NCBI GenBank assembly: GCA_963845565.1 | Contig: CAWJSJ010000002.1 | Location: 768,001-832,000, forward strand | Reading direction: 5' to 3' | From: an uncultured Methylomirabilota bacterium | GTDB taxonomy: Bacteria > Methylomirabilota > Methylomirabilia > Methylomirabilales > 2-02-FULL-66-22 | DNA length: 64,000 nt | Shown here: piece by piece, positions 1 to 9,546 of the stretch | Layout: every line of letters starts with the position of its first letter | Numbering within the stretch: position 1 is the stretch's first letter | Position numbers and translations under genes: made by a program | Notes under the pieces: model-generated | The model's database searches: none | The model's input: the letters and a program-made list of their open reading frames with translations, nothing else | What the model was told of the DNA's origin: nothing

Positions 1-74
1 GCATGAATCTCCTCGGGCGACGGCATCAGGTCGAAGGCGGCGACATTCAGGTTTTCCAGTCGTGGCGTTGTCAT
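1..74 (-). CDS. 5' end of class I DAHP synthase (3-deoxy-7-phosphoheptulonate synthase), runs off the window
   Basis: Minus strand from ATG at 74 reads MTTPRLENLNVAAFDLMPSPEEIH, resembling AroG/AroF N-termini; AAGGA upstream. Only 24 codons are visible. Confidence 0.55.
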   Translation of the reverse strand, partial: MTTPRLENLNVAAFDLMPSPEEIH

Positions 75-109
75 GATCGAACCACACTTTCCTTCGTGAA
101 GAATCCGGG

Positions 110-1288
110 CTAGGGTGTGTCGAGCAGCCGCCGGGCGGTCCGGGTCAGGAATTCCACGCCGATCGCCAGGGCTGTCTCGTCGATGTCGAACTTCGCGTTG
201 TGCATCGAGGGAGCGGGAGACCACTCGGGTCGGGCCGCTCCGATGAAGGCGAAGCAGCCCGGGGCCTTCTGCCAGAAGAAGGCGGCATCTTCGGACCCGG
301 TGAGCGGTGCAGGCGCGGTGACGCCGTCGGCGCCGACGATGCCCGCGGCGGCTTCTCGTGCGATCCGGGTCACGGCCGGGTCGTTCAGCACCGCCGGCGT
401 GAGGAATTCGTGGCTCACCTGGGCCGTGCACCGGAACGCCCCGGCGACGCCTTCCGCCATCCGCGTGAGGCCGGCCAGGAGTGTTTCGCGGAGTTCGGGG
501 TTGAAGCAACGGAAGGTGCCGGTCATCTCCACGGTGTCCGGGATGATGTTGAAGGCGGTCCCGGCCTGGAGCATGGTGATGCTCAGGATGGCGGCATCGA
601 GGGGCGGCGTCTCCCGGCTGACCAGGGCCTGGATCGCCGTGATGACCTGGGCTGCGGCCACCACGGGATCGATGGCGAGGTGGGGGCTGGCGCCGTGTCC
701 TCCCCGTCCGGTGACGGTGAGTCTCAGCTTGTCTGCTGAAGCCATGGCGGGCCCCTCGCAGATGGCGATGGTTCCCGTCGGCCACTGAGTCAAGACATGT
801 ACGGCGAGGGCGGCATCCGGCCGGACGCCGTCGAGCGCGCCGTCCTGGAGCATGGCGGCGGCGCCCGCGGCCAGCTCCTCGGCCGGCTGGAACACGAAGA
901 AGAGATTCCCCGACAGCCTCGGAGCCTCCTTGGCCAGAACCGCCGCCGTCGCGAGCCCCATGGCGGTATGGGCATCGTGTCCGCAGGCGTGCATCACGCC
1001 GGGACGCTCCGACTTCCAGGCGACGTCGGCCTCTTCGCGGATCGGCAGGGCGTCCATGTCGGCGCGGAGCAGGAGCGTCTTGCCGGGCGCGCCGCACTTC
1101 AGGAATCCCGTCACCCCGGTCTTGCCCACACCGGTCCTGACCGTATAGCCCAAGGCGCGCAGGCGTTCCGCGACGATGCCTGCCGTCCGTACCTCCTGGA
1201 AGCCGAGCTCCGGATGCCGATGGAAGTCTCTGCGGAGCGCGATCAAGTCCGGGGTGAGCGCTTCGACCACCGGTGAAATATTCGCCAT
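110..1288 (-). CDS. M20 family amidohydrolase (HipO/IAA-amino acid hydrolase-like)
   Basis: Motifs RRDFHRHPELGFQE, LRADMDALP, MHACGHDAH, FQPAEE, GSEDA; start MANISP after GGAG. Confidence 0.92.
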   Translation of the reverse strand: MANISPVVEALTPDLIALRRDFHRHPELGFQEVRTAGIVAERLRALGYTVRTGVGKTGVTGFLKCGAPGKTLLLRADMDALPIREEADVAWKSERPGVMHACGHDAHTAMGLATAAVLAKEAPRLSGNLFFVFQPAEELAAGAAAMLQDGALDGVRPDAALAVHVLTQWPTGTIAICEGPAMASADKLRLTVTGRGGHGASPHLAIDPVVAAAQVITAIQALVSRETPPLDAAILSITMLQAGTAFNIIPDTVEMTGTFRCFNPELRETLLAGLTRMAEGVAGAFRCTAQVSHEFLTPAVLNDPAVTRIAREAAAGIVGADGVTAPAPLTGSEDAAFFWQKAPGCFAFIGAARPEWSPAPSMHNAKFDIDETALAIGVEFLTRTARRLLDTP

Positions 1289-1544
1289 ACCTGGTGCTCC
1301 TCCGGGGTGACGGGTGATTGGGGTAGGGCGCACGCGCTGCCTGCGCTTGATCCAGGGCACGGCGCGCAGCCGCGGCCCGCGACTCAAGCCTATCACAGCT
1401 CGCCCGCGGATGCACCGTCCGGGACCGCGACGGAAGGGACGTCCCCCCCGGCGCGACCGCCTGCCCGCGATTCCCCCTTGACAACCCCGGCGCGACCGCG
1501 GCATCCTCAACGGGATTTCCTTATCGTCCGAAGGGGGTCCAGTC

Positions 1545-2297
1545 ATGGCCGAGATCGTCACGCTTCCCGCCGCCGGCTACCGGTATCTGCCTGGGGTATT
1601 TCAGTATTCCGCAGGCGTCGCGGCCGAGCCGGGGTTCGAGATCGAGCGCGCGCGTTTCTTGCGTCCCGTACCGCTCGCCGAGGGTTTTCGCGCCGTTGAG
1701 GCGCACCTGGCCGCCATCGGCCGGCCGCGCGTGGCCTTCTGCGCCTGCGAGTTGCGATCACCCGCCCCCTTCACGGAGGAGGGGTTCCTGGCGTTCAACC
1801 GGGTCTACGTCGGAACCCTGGAGCAGTGGGGGATCTGCCGGGACGGCGCGAATCCCGTGGCCCGGTCGAACGTCTGCCCGGAGATCGACCGCCCCGCGAC
1901 CCCGAGTTTTTACGCATTCGCCTACAGTGTGCCCGCCCGCCCGGGGGCCAGGCCCAGTTTCCACATTGCCGGGAGCGGCGAAGCGCCGGAGGGCCGGGGC
2001 AATTACCACGACCACATCGTCCGACGCGGCGACACGTCGCCGGACGGCCTCCGCGAGAAGGCGCGGTACGTGCTCGGCGAGATGGAGCGGCGGATGCGCG
2101 CCCTGGGTTGTGGTTGGGCGCAGGTGACCGGGACGCACCTCTATACGGTGCACGACGTCTTTCCGATCCTCCCCGACGAATTGGTGCGGCGGGGCGCCGT
2201 CCCCGGCGGCCTCACCTGGCATTTCGCGCGCCCGCCGGTGGTCGGCCTGGAGTTCGAGATGGACGTGCGCGGCATCGCGCGCGAGATCGTGCTGTAG
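1545..2297 (+). CDS. CnbZ-like (2-amino-5-chloromuconate deaminase/RidA-like) protein
   Basis: GYRYLPGVFQYSAGVAAEPGFEI, CACELRSPAPF, NPVARSNVCP and C-terminal RPPVVGLEFEMDVRG are typical of this family. Confidence 0.7.
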   Translation: MAEIVTLPAAGYRYLPGVFQYSAGVAAEPGFEIERARFLRPVPLAEGFRAVEAHLAAIGRPRVAFCACELRSPAPFTEEGFLAFNRVYVGTLEQWGICRDGANPVARSNVCPEIDRPATPSFYAFAYSVPARPGARPSFHIAGSGEAPEGRGNYHDHIVRRGDTSPDGLREKARYVLGEMERRMRALGCGWAQVTGTHLYTVHDVFPILPDELVRRGAVPGGLTWHFARPPVVGLEFEMDVRGIAREIVL

Positions 2298-2426
2298 CGG
2301 CAGGCGCCGACGTGCTGACCGACCTGATCTTCGACCTGTTCCAGTTGCCGAGCGTACTGGCGGGACTGGAGGGCGCGGCCGAGTCCGGCTGATCCCGACT
2401 CGCCAGTCATCTCGCACGGAGAGACC

Positions 2427-3584
2427 ATGGACACCACGAACCCGGGGTTGCCGGTCGGCAGACCGGAAGAGGTCGGGATGGATCCGGCACGGCTCCAGCG
2501 CGCCTTCGATCTGCTCCGCGGGTGGGTCGAGGACGGCACGTTGCCGGGGGCCTCGGCGCTGGTCGCCCGCCGGGGTGTCGTCGTGGGGCGATGTTGGTTC
2601 GGGGACGCCGTCCGCGAGCCCGAACGGCGGCCTGTCGGCCCCGATACTCTCTTCGCAGTGGCCTCGGTGACCAAGCCCGTCACGGCGACGGCGGTCCTGC
2701 AGCTGGCCGAGCGAGGCGTCCTCTCCGTCGATCAGCCCGTCCACGAGCTTCTGCCGGAGTTCGCCGGGCCCGGCCGGGAGAACATCACCCTGCGCCATTT
2801 CCTGACCCACACGTCGGGGCTGCCCGAGTACTGCGAGGACAACGAGGAGATCCGCCGGAACCACCGCGGCCTGGACGCCTTCGTGCGCTCCTACTGTCGC
2901 GGCCGGTTGCTCTTTCCCTCGGGGACCCAGTGGTCGTACAGCAACTTCGGATTCGGCCTGGCCGGGGAGATCATCGCCCGGTACGGCGGGCGCGGGTACC
3001 ACCCGTTCGTGGCAGAGGAAATACTCGCTCCGCTGGGAATGCGCGACAGTCATCTCCAGCCACCCGAGTCGGTCTGGGACCGGATCGCCTGGGTGCAGCT
3101 TCCGGGCGAGCCGCCCACCGATCACCAGCGGTACAACTCGCCATACTTCCGGAGGCTTGGGATTCCCTGGGGCGGCCTCTACGCGACCCCCGAGGATCTG
3201 GCCGTCTTCGCCCAGGCTTTCCTCCAGGGGGGCGCCCATCACGGGTGTCGGATCGTCAGCCCCGCGACGGCGCGCGAGATGGTGCGGAACCAGCTCCGCG
3301 AATCGATCCGTGACACCTCCGGCGTCGCGCGCTGGCGCCCGGCAAGCTGGGGGCTGGGTTGGGACGTGAAGGGCGGCAAGGCTCCGCACAACAGCGGCGC
3401 GCTCACGTCTCCTGCCACCTTCGGGCATACCGGCTCGTCGGGCGCGATGCTGTGGGCGGACCCGACCTGCGACCTCGTCTGCGTGATGATCGGGACGCGG
3501 CTGGCCGAGAGCGGCTGGGTGGATGCTCCGGTTCCGCGCCGCGCCCTCTTCTCGAATGCCGTCATGGCTGCCGTCGTGGAATGA
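2427..3584 (+). CDS. Serine hydrolase, beta-lactamase class C/AmpC-like family
   Basis: SxxK (ASVTK), LTHTSGL, YSN and GHTG motifs. Confidence 0.9.
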   Translation: MDTTNPGLPVGRPEEVGMDPARLQRAFDLLRGWVEDGTLPGASALVARRGVVVGRCWFGDAVREPERRPVGPDTLFAVASVTKPVTATAVLQLAERGVLSVDQPVHELLPEFAGPGRENITLRHFLTHTSGLPEYCEDNEEIRRNHRGLDAFVRSYCRGRLLFPSGTQWSYSNFGFGLAGEIIARYGGRGYHPFVAEEILAPLGMRDSHLQPPESVWDRIAWVQLPGEPPTDHQRYNSPYFRRLGIPWGGLYATPEDLAVFAQAFLQGGAHHGCRIVSPATAREMVRNQLRESIRDTSGVARWRPASWGLGWDVKGGKAPHNSGALTSPATFGHTGSSGAMLWADPTCDLVCVMIGTRLAESGWVDAPVPRRALFSNAVMAAVVE

Positions 3585-3628
3585 GCGAACGGCGGCCACC
3601 CGGTATCCGGCCGGGGCATCCGCCGTAT

Positions 3629-4171
3629 TCAGGCCGCCACCTTGGGGCGCACGTAGGTCTGGAAAATCCCGGGCGAGGCCTGGGTCACGTAGGTCCCGTG
3701 ACCGGCCTTGTGGAGCGCTTCGAGCAGTGGGGTCGGGCGGAAGGTGCTCTTGACACACAGCAGGCCGCCCGGCGGCAGGTCCAGCGCCGCCCGCGTGACC
3801 TTGGGGAGAGGAACCTCGCCTTTCGCCAGCAGGTCGTCCGCATCGAGGGTCATGCGGACCTTGTTCTCGTCGAACCACTCCGGCGCCACGGCATCCAAGG
3901 CCGCGGGCTCCAGCTCCGGACCGAGATCGGTCGCGTCGGGCTCCCCGGGAAGTCCGGCGGCCTCCCGCAGCGTCGCGACCAGTCGCCGCACGGGGATCCC
4001 GCTCATCTGGGCGGCCTTCTCGATCGTCGCCACCTTGGCCACCGTCTTCCGCAAGATCGGGTTTCTCAGGGCCGTGAAGTGTGCGGATTGTCGGATCAGC
4101 ACCTCTTCGAGCTGGGGGTAGGCGTCAAGCAATTCCGCAATTTTCGTCTCGGGCGTGATGGGGATGTTCAT
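3629..4171 (-). CDS. DUF1858 domain-containing protein
   Basis: N-terminus ITPETKIAELLDAYPQLEEVL...LRNPILRKTVAKVATI is DUF1858-like; lies downstream of a DUF438 gene, the usual pairing. Confidence 0.75.
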   Translation of the reverse strand: MNIPITPETKIAELLDAYPQLEEVLIRQSAHFTALRNPILRKTVAKVATIEKAAQMSGIPVRRLVATLREAAGLPGEPDATDLGPELEPAALDAVAPEWFDENKVRMTLDADDLLAKGEVPLPKVTRAALDLPPGGLLCVKSTFRPTPLLEALHKAGHGTYVTQASPGIFQTYVRPKVAA

Positions 4172-4192
4172 GCCGGCCTCTCCTTCTCGTTA

Positions 4193-4291
4193 GGAGCCGT
4201 TACGAAATAACCTACACATCTCTTTCTATTTCGTTACGGCTCCTTATGCCGTTTCGGAATGTCTCCGCTCAACTTATTCTCTTACAACGGC
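4193..4291 (+). mobile_element. 99-bp bipartite MITE-like element, family A, copy 1
   Basis: GGAGCCGTTACGAAAT-19nt-ATTTCGTTACGGCTCC-TTA-TGCCGTT...ACAACGGC, flanked by TTA at 4190-4192 and 4292-4294. Confidence 0.9.
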
Positions 4292-5538
4292 TTATCGTAC
4301 TGGAGGAGTCGCTGCTCGCCCTCGAGCGCGCGGAGTCGGGTGAGATCCTGCGTCACCTCCAAGGTGCCCAGGTAGGTTCCCGCCTCGTCCCGGACGGCAA
4401 AGTAGCGGATGTGGACGAACCGGCCCTGGAACGGGATCCAGAACTCGGCCACGCTCTGACGGCCGGTCTTGAAGTCGTCCAAGATTTGCTCGATGATGTG
4501 GACGCTCTTGGGTGGGTGGCAGTGTTGAACCAGACGGCCGAGGATCGCCTTGCTCCGAGCGAAGACCCGGTCGGGTCCCTCGGAGAAATAGCGCACCCGG
4601 TCGTCGGCGTCCACGAAGGTGAGATCCAGGGGCAGCACGGTGAAGAGCCAGCGGAGCTGCGCCGGTGTGAGCGCGCCGGTCGGGAATACCAGGCTTTCGT
4701 TGGCGGCCACGGCTGCCACCCTGGCAGGGTCGGTGGAGACGGGCGGCCGGTAACGGTCGCCAGGCTCGACCAGGCAGTAGCCGTACTCGGGGGATTGCTG
4801 CCAGATTTCGCCCCACTCGTCCTCGGTGAGCGCGCCCTGCGACATGGGGAGCAGAATCTTCTCCTCCTTGTAGATCATCTCCTCGACGGCGACGAGCGCC
4901 GGATCGGCCACCGCCTGGATGACGACCTTCCACTCTGCCGCCGACGCGCCTTGGGCGGCGAGCGCCTCGCCTAGGGTCTTCAGGAGGGCGCGCACCTCAT
5001 CGTCCTTGCCCCACATCACCTTGGATGGCCCCGTGATCCCGTGCCGCTCCAGACAGGAGAACAGGAGGTGCTCCTTCCGCTGGTAGTGCTTCTCCACGTC
5101 CATGAGGTCGTTGTACGCCTGCCGCCACGCGACGAGCTCATCCCCCGGGACCGCGGTGTCTGCAAGTTGCGCCACCGCCTGCATCGTCGTCCGCATCCGG
5201 CCGACGGCTTCCCGCAGGGCCTCGTTCTCGCGCTGGAAGGTGTCCACGGGGTGCCCGGGGGGGATCGGCGGCCCGGGCGATGCGGCGGGCCCGATCTGGA
5301 CGAGGACCTCCTTCAGGACCGAGGCGTGGAGGTCGCACATGGATTGCACTTCCTCCACCCGCATCCCCTCCGCCATCAGCTCCTGCTCCATGGCCGCAAT
5401 CTCGGAGGCGTCGGTTTCGCGGACCATCTCTCGCAACCTCGCTCGTACTTCGTCCGGCGAGCCTCCTCGGTGGAGGTGCTTGATGATCTCTTTCATGGTC
5501 TGGATCCGATGGGCCCGGTTGTTGATCAGCTCGCTCAT
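4282..5538 (-). CDS. DUF438 + hemerythrin + PAS domain protein
   Basis: MSELINN, EIAAMEQELM, MCDLHA, PGHPVDTF, HYQRKEHLLF, VMWGKDDE, EMIYKEEKIL; C-terminal PAS (LPLDLTFVDADDRVRYFS, QHCHPPKS). Confidence 0.88.
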   Translation of the reverse strand: MSELINNRAHRIQTMKEIIKHLHRGGSPDEVRARLREMVRETDASEIAAMEQELMAEGMRVEEVQSMCDLHASVLKEVLVQIGPAASPGPPIPPGHPVDTFQRENEALREAVGRMRTTMQAVAQLADTAVPGDELVAWRQAYNDLMDVEKHYQRKEHLLFSCLERHGITGPSKVMWGKDDEVRALLKTLGEALAAQGASAAEWKVVIQAVADPALVAVEEMIYKEEKILLPMSQGALTEDEWGEIWQQSPEYGYCLVEPGDRYRPPVSTDPARVAAVAANESLVFPTGALTPAQLRWLFTVLPLDLTFVDADDRVRYFSEGPDRVFARSKAILGRLVQHCHPPKSVHIIEQILDDFKTGRQSVAEFWIPFQGRFVHIRYFAVRDEAGTYLGTLEVTQDLTRLRALEGEQRLLQYDKPL

Positions 5539-5746
5539 GGCCGGTCTCCTTTCCCCTGCGTCACCGGGGCGCCGTTCGGGCAGCGTCCGCGGTTCGCACA
5601 GGAATCCTAGGCGGCCAGCGAGGCGACCGCCTTGATCCAGATCAAGCCACAGCGAGCGGCCGTCGGGGCGCACTTGGGCAGGCTACGTGACGAGGGGGCG
5701 GGGACCCTGGAGCGAACGCGGGGGGGTGATGCGGCGGAGCGCTGAC

Positions 5747-7219
5747 CTATCGACCCGCCTTCCGCCGGATCTCGTGGATGGTCTGGGCCTCCGGGCGCGC
5801 CTTGTAAAATGGGTCAAGCGGAAAGCAGCCGGACACCATGCCGTTGCGTGGGCCGGTGGTGCAGTCGCTGAAGGTCCGGCAGAGGCGCTTCCGGTGCAAG
5901 GGCTGGCCGGTCAGGACATGGTGCGGCAGTTCCGGATAGGACAGCACCATCCGGCCCACACCGACGAAATCGCTGTGGCAGAGCCGGACCTGGGCCTGAG
6001 CGACGTGGGGGAGGTACTCTTGCAGATAGGTGTACCCGCTGCCGACGAGCAGCAGGTCGGGGACGGCGCGTTTGAGTGCGGCGGCGGCCGCGAGGATGCG
6101 GGCCACCCCCACCAGGGGATCCTCCGGCGGCGGGTAGCCGTCGGACGGCGGGAACATCGCCGGCCGCATCAGGTGGGGGTTGTAATACGGGCAGGCGGCC
6201 GAAATGTTGAGGAGCCGGATGCCGAGGTCTCGGCAGAGCTCCAGAAAGCGGATCGACTCGGTGAGGTCGGGCTGGGTCGGGTCGTCGGGGTTGACGCCGA
6301 ATCCGTACCGCCACGGCAGGTGCGGCCTGACGTCGATGGGCACCCCGCGCGCTCCCTCGCCCTCGTGGGGATGCCGGAAGGGGACCAGGTCGAACGCGGA
6401 CAGTCGGACGCCGATGTGGAGGCCCGGCGCGTCCCGACGGATGGCCGCCACGATCTCGCGGAAGAGTCGCGTGCGATTCTCGAAGGAGCCGCCGTACGGC
6501 CCCGGCCGCGTGTGCGCCGCCAGGAGTTCGTTCAGCAGATAGCCGTGACAGCACTTGACGTCCACGAAATCGTAGCCGTCCTCGGCGGCGAACTTGGCCG
6601 CCGCGACGTAATCCGGGATCAGGTTCTCCAGTTCCGCATCCGTGAGCATGGCCGACGGGTCCAGCGCGCCCACGCGGGCGTCGGTCACGGGATGCCGGAA
6701 CGCGATGCGCGGCTTGGCCGCGCGATCGGGATCGGGGCGCGACCAGCGGCCGGAGTGGGTGAGCTGGAGCCCGACGAAGAGATCGTCGGTCGTGCCGAAT
6801 CGTTTGCGGTGGGCCGCCTTGAGCGTGCGCAGCAGGGCGGAAAGCGCCTGGGCGTTCGCCGGCGTGTAGCAGAGCTGATTCGGGTTGGCGCGCCCTTCAT
6901 GCCGGACCGCGACCGCCTCACCCCCCCAGATCAGCTTGGCGCCGGAGATGCCGAAATGCGTCCAGCGGCGCAGGACCAAGTCGGTCGGCTGTCCCTCCAG
7001 GGTGCCGTCCCACCCCTCCATGGGGTGCGTGGCAAAACGATTTCCGATGGTTCTCCCGTGCACCGCAATCGGTTGCGCCAGCGGATTCTGGTGTGGCGGG
7101 AGCAGGTCGTCGTCACAGTCCAGACGAACGGGCAGCGTGGCAAGATGGGCCTTGAACTCCGCGACCGTTCGAAAAGATGCCACCCGCGGCACGCCTTCCA
7201 TTTCGCGTTCGTCCGTCAT
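5747..7219 (-). CDS. NADH:flavin oxidoreductase (Old Yellow Enzyme family)
   Basis: NRFATHPMEGWD, LQLTHSGR, KCCHGYLL, YGGSFENRTR, VGVGR; start MTDERE after AGGA. Confidence 0.88.
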   Translation of the reverse strand: MTDEREMEGVPRVASFRTVAEFKAHLATLPVRLDCDDDLLPPHQNPLAQPIAVHGRTIGNRFATHPMEGWDGTLEGQPTDLVLRRWTHFGISGAKLIWGGEAVAVRHEGRANPNQLCYTPANAQALSALLRTLKAAHRKRFGTTDDLFVGLQLTHSGRWSRPDPDRAAKPRIAFRHPVTDARVGALDPSAMLTDAELENLIPDYVAAAKFAAEDGYDFVDVKCCHGYLLNELLAAHTRPGPYGGSFENRTRLFREIVAAIRRDAPGLHIGVRLSAFDLVPFRHPHEGEGARGVPIDVRPHLPWRYGFGVNPDDPTQPDLTESIRFLELCRDLGIRLLNISAACPYYNPHLMRPAMFPPSDGYPPPEDPLVGVARILAAAAALKRAVPDLLLVGSGYTYLQEYLPHVAQAQVRLCHSDFVGVGRMVLSYPELPHHVLTGQPLHRKRLCRTFSDCTTGPRNGMVSGCFPLDPFYKARPEAQTIHEIRRKAGR

Positions 7220-7275
7220 CGCGCATTCATCCTTCTGTCGAAACAGGGACGCGCTCCAGGCGCACCTGGTTGCGC

Positions 7276-7980
7276 CTAGATCTGGGAGTACGGCGCCGGC
7301 CGCAGCAAGACGCTCGTCACGTTCGACACGATCTCGGCGTCGGTCAGGCCGGGCGTGGCCCAGAGTGCCTTCCACTCCGGGTCCGCCCGAAAGGCTGCCC
7401 AGCTTCGCTCGCGTGCCGCCATATCGTCGAAGGTGAGCAGGTACGTCAAGTTCGGCATCCGCGGCCCGATCAGGGTCTCTCCGAAGAAGACCGGGGTGAG
7501 GCCTGTGCGTCGGAAGATGGCGATCTCGCGGGTATTGAACATCTCGATCTTCCGCTGCAACGCCGGCTCGCTGTGACTCTCGTAGCGGCGGAGCTCGAAG
7601 ATCCGCGGCGCATTGGTCGCCGCGCCGGGTGGCGTCTCCAACTCGGGCAGGCCGTCGAAGGCAACCAGCAGAGAGCTCTCGGTCCGCACGAACGCGGGAC
7701 GGTCGGCGGGGACGTCGAGGAACGCCGCGCCCGCGCGCTGGAACTCCGAATCCGCGGCAAGCCAAGCCCGCACGGCGACGATCGCCTCCAGCGAGGTGTG
7801 CCGCAGGAGCGTGTAGACGGCGGGATTGACGTCTCCGAGCAGACCCGTAAAGACGCCTATGGGGTGGACGCCGTGCCCGTTCAGGGCCGGGATCGCGACC
7901 TCCCGCAGGAAGTCATCCAGTGCCTTCCCTTGCGGCCCGTTCTGTAACTGGTACCGCCTCAGCTCGTAGTAGTCCGGCAC
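7276..7980 (-). CDS. NIPSNAP family protein (two domains)
   Basis: YYELRRY and IFELRRYES repeats; WAAFRADPEW; C-terminal LRPAPYSQI. Confidence 0.85.
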   Translation of the reverse strand: MPDYYELRRYQLQNGPQGKALDDFLREVAIPALNGHGVHPIGVFTGLLGDVNPAVYTLLRHTSLEAIVAVRAWLAADSEFQRAGAAFLDVPADRPAFVRTESSLLVAFDGLPELETPPGAATNAPRIFELRRYESHSEPALQRKIEMFNTREIAIFRRTGLTPVFFGETLIGPRMPNLTYLLTFDDMAARERSWAAFRADPEWKALWATPGLTDAEIVSNVTSVLLRPAPYSQI

Positions 7981-7995
7981 GGTTCCATCCTCTTA

Positions 7996-8094
7996 GGAGC
8001 CGTTACGAAATAACCTATACATCTCTTTCTATTTCGTTACGGCTCCTTATGCCGTTTCGGAATGTCTCCGCTCAACTAATTCTTTGACAACGGC
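7996..8094 (+). mobile_element. 99-bp MITE-like element, family A, copy 2
   Basis: Near-identical to copy 1; flanked by TTA and GTA. Confidence 0.9.
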
Positions 8095-8267
8095 GTAGAG
8101 CGGCGCTACTCCGGCAGGCCCCTCATGCCGGCTGCAGACTATCAGCGCGGATCTTGAAGTCAAGTCGAATCCCCCTTCCGGCCGCCTGTGGTCCGCAAGA
8201 ACCCCGTCCGGTCGCCCTTCGTGCTTCCTATTCTCTTGATGTGATTACTATCTCCCAAGCGTCCCAC

Positions 8268-8296
8268 TTGATTGCCGTATTCGGATGTTGTACAGT
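8268..8296 (+). promoter_or_regulatory. Putative sigma70 promoter of the TA operon
   Basis: TTGATT-17 nt-TACAGT ending about 45 nt upstream of the antitoxin ATG. Confidence 0.45.
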
Positions 8297-8340
8297 ACCG
8301 TCGTCGCCCATTCGTGTGGGCGCGCAAAGAGGAGGCGACC

Positions 8341-8574
8341 ATGAGTGTGCTGACGACCGTGCGTCTGGAGAATACGGTCCGGCGGCGGGTGGAGGCGCGA
8401 GCGCGGGCTCACCGACGCTCGCTTTCGGATCAGATGAAGTACTATGTGTTCTTGGGAATGCTGGCGGAAGAGAACCCGGACCTGCCGCTCGCGTTCATCC
8501 GGGACCTGCTGGAGGGGAAGGAAGAGGCCAAGGTCGGGTTGGCAGTGCCGTATGAGTGGGGTGTCGTGCGGTGA
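8341..8574 (+). CDS. ParD-like antitoxin, type II TA
   Basis: RHH-like TVRL...RRSLSDQMKY, then LGMLAEENPDLPLAFIRDLL; GAGGAGG RBS; overlaps the toxin start (GTGA). Confidence 0.8.
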   Translation: MSVLTTVRLENTVRRRVEARARAHRRSLSDQMKYYVFLGMLAEENPDLPLAFIRDLLEGKEEAKVGLAVPYEWGVVR

Positions 8575-8876
8575 GCCGGCCAGCCGCCGGTCGACCCGTT
8601 TCTGCCCTCCCTCGGGTGTTACGGGTCAAGAAGAAATGGCCCGTCGATCTCCAGCGAGTGCTGGACCGGGAGGTGGAGAAGATCCTGGCCAATCCCTTGG
8701 GCGGTGAGCCAAAGAAGGGGGCGCTCGCGGGGGTGCGCGTTCACAAGTTTACCCATCACCAGCAACTCTACCTGGTCGGATACCTGATCGAGAAAGGCGG
8801 AGGACTCTGCCTCTTGGCGCTGGGCTCCCACGAGAACTTCTATCGAGATCTTCAAAAGCACCTGAACACCCGATGA
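8571..8876 (+). CDS. ParE-like/RelE superfamily toxin
   Basis: ILANPLGGEPKKGALAGVRVHKF...LLALGSHENFYRDL. Confidence 0.85.
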   Translation: MSRPAAGRPVSALPRVLRVKKKWPVDLQRVLDREVEKILANPLGGEPKKGALAGVRVHKFTHHQQLYLVGYLIEKGGGLCLLALGSHENFYRDLQKHLNTR

Positions 8877-9434
8877 CCGCCCCAATGTGAGTCAGCCCGA
8901 GAGCGGCTCGAATTGTATCGCTCTGTACCTAACCCATCAGAAACACACTGGACGCTCTTCTGTCCCACCCAACGAGTCTTCCCAGTCCGACCCCATGCGC
9001 ACAACATGGGTGTCATCCGGGTGAGAGGTGTTGTCTCGAATGCGATGCGTCAGTGTGATGCGTGCCGGCCGGCATCGAGCCCCAAGAACCTGCACGGATG
9101 TGATCACTTGACGAGTTAACCACCTGCGGATAAAGCGATTCTCCAAGGTCGGCCGGTGGGGGAGGTGATCCACTGTTCCATTATGGGTCCGTCCCCCCGG
9201 CACCAACCCTCATAGGCCCCACCGTGTCTGCGGCGCTCGCCATCGGCATCCGAAAATCCAGGTTCTCCAGCTGACCCTGGAAGTCATTCAGGCTGCGACG
9301 CATCCGGGGGATGCGAGGAGCAGGCTGGACGGCCACGGGGCCTCCGAAGCTGTTTGTGTCGTGTTTCGCCCCTGGGGGCCATGCCGTGGAGGACCCTTCG
9401 GGGTGATCGTTTCCGGGGGCACGGAGTTGCGTAA

Positions 9435-9533
9435 GCCGGTGTCATAGAATAAGTTGAGCGGAGACATTCCGAAACGGTATAAGGAGCCGTAACGAAATAG
9501 AAAGAGATGAAAGGGTTATTTCGTAACGGCTCC
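9435..9533 (-). mobile_element. 99-bp MITE-like element, family A, copy 3 (reverse)
   Basis: Reverse complement of the family; TAA on both sides (9432-9434, 9534-9536). Confidence 0.9.
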
Positions 9534-9546
9534 TAACGACCTACCG

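Noticed and set aside
1758..3878. Long antisense ORFs (also 18834-20855, 25249-28035, 56297-58234)
   Set aside because: They lie opposite well-supported genes, are R/P/G/A-rich, carry no motifs, and are expected at high GC.
8937..9206. Possible PIN-toxin remnant (VITSVQVL, PDDTHVV)
   Set aside because: The similarity is too weak to support by eye; it needs a profile search.
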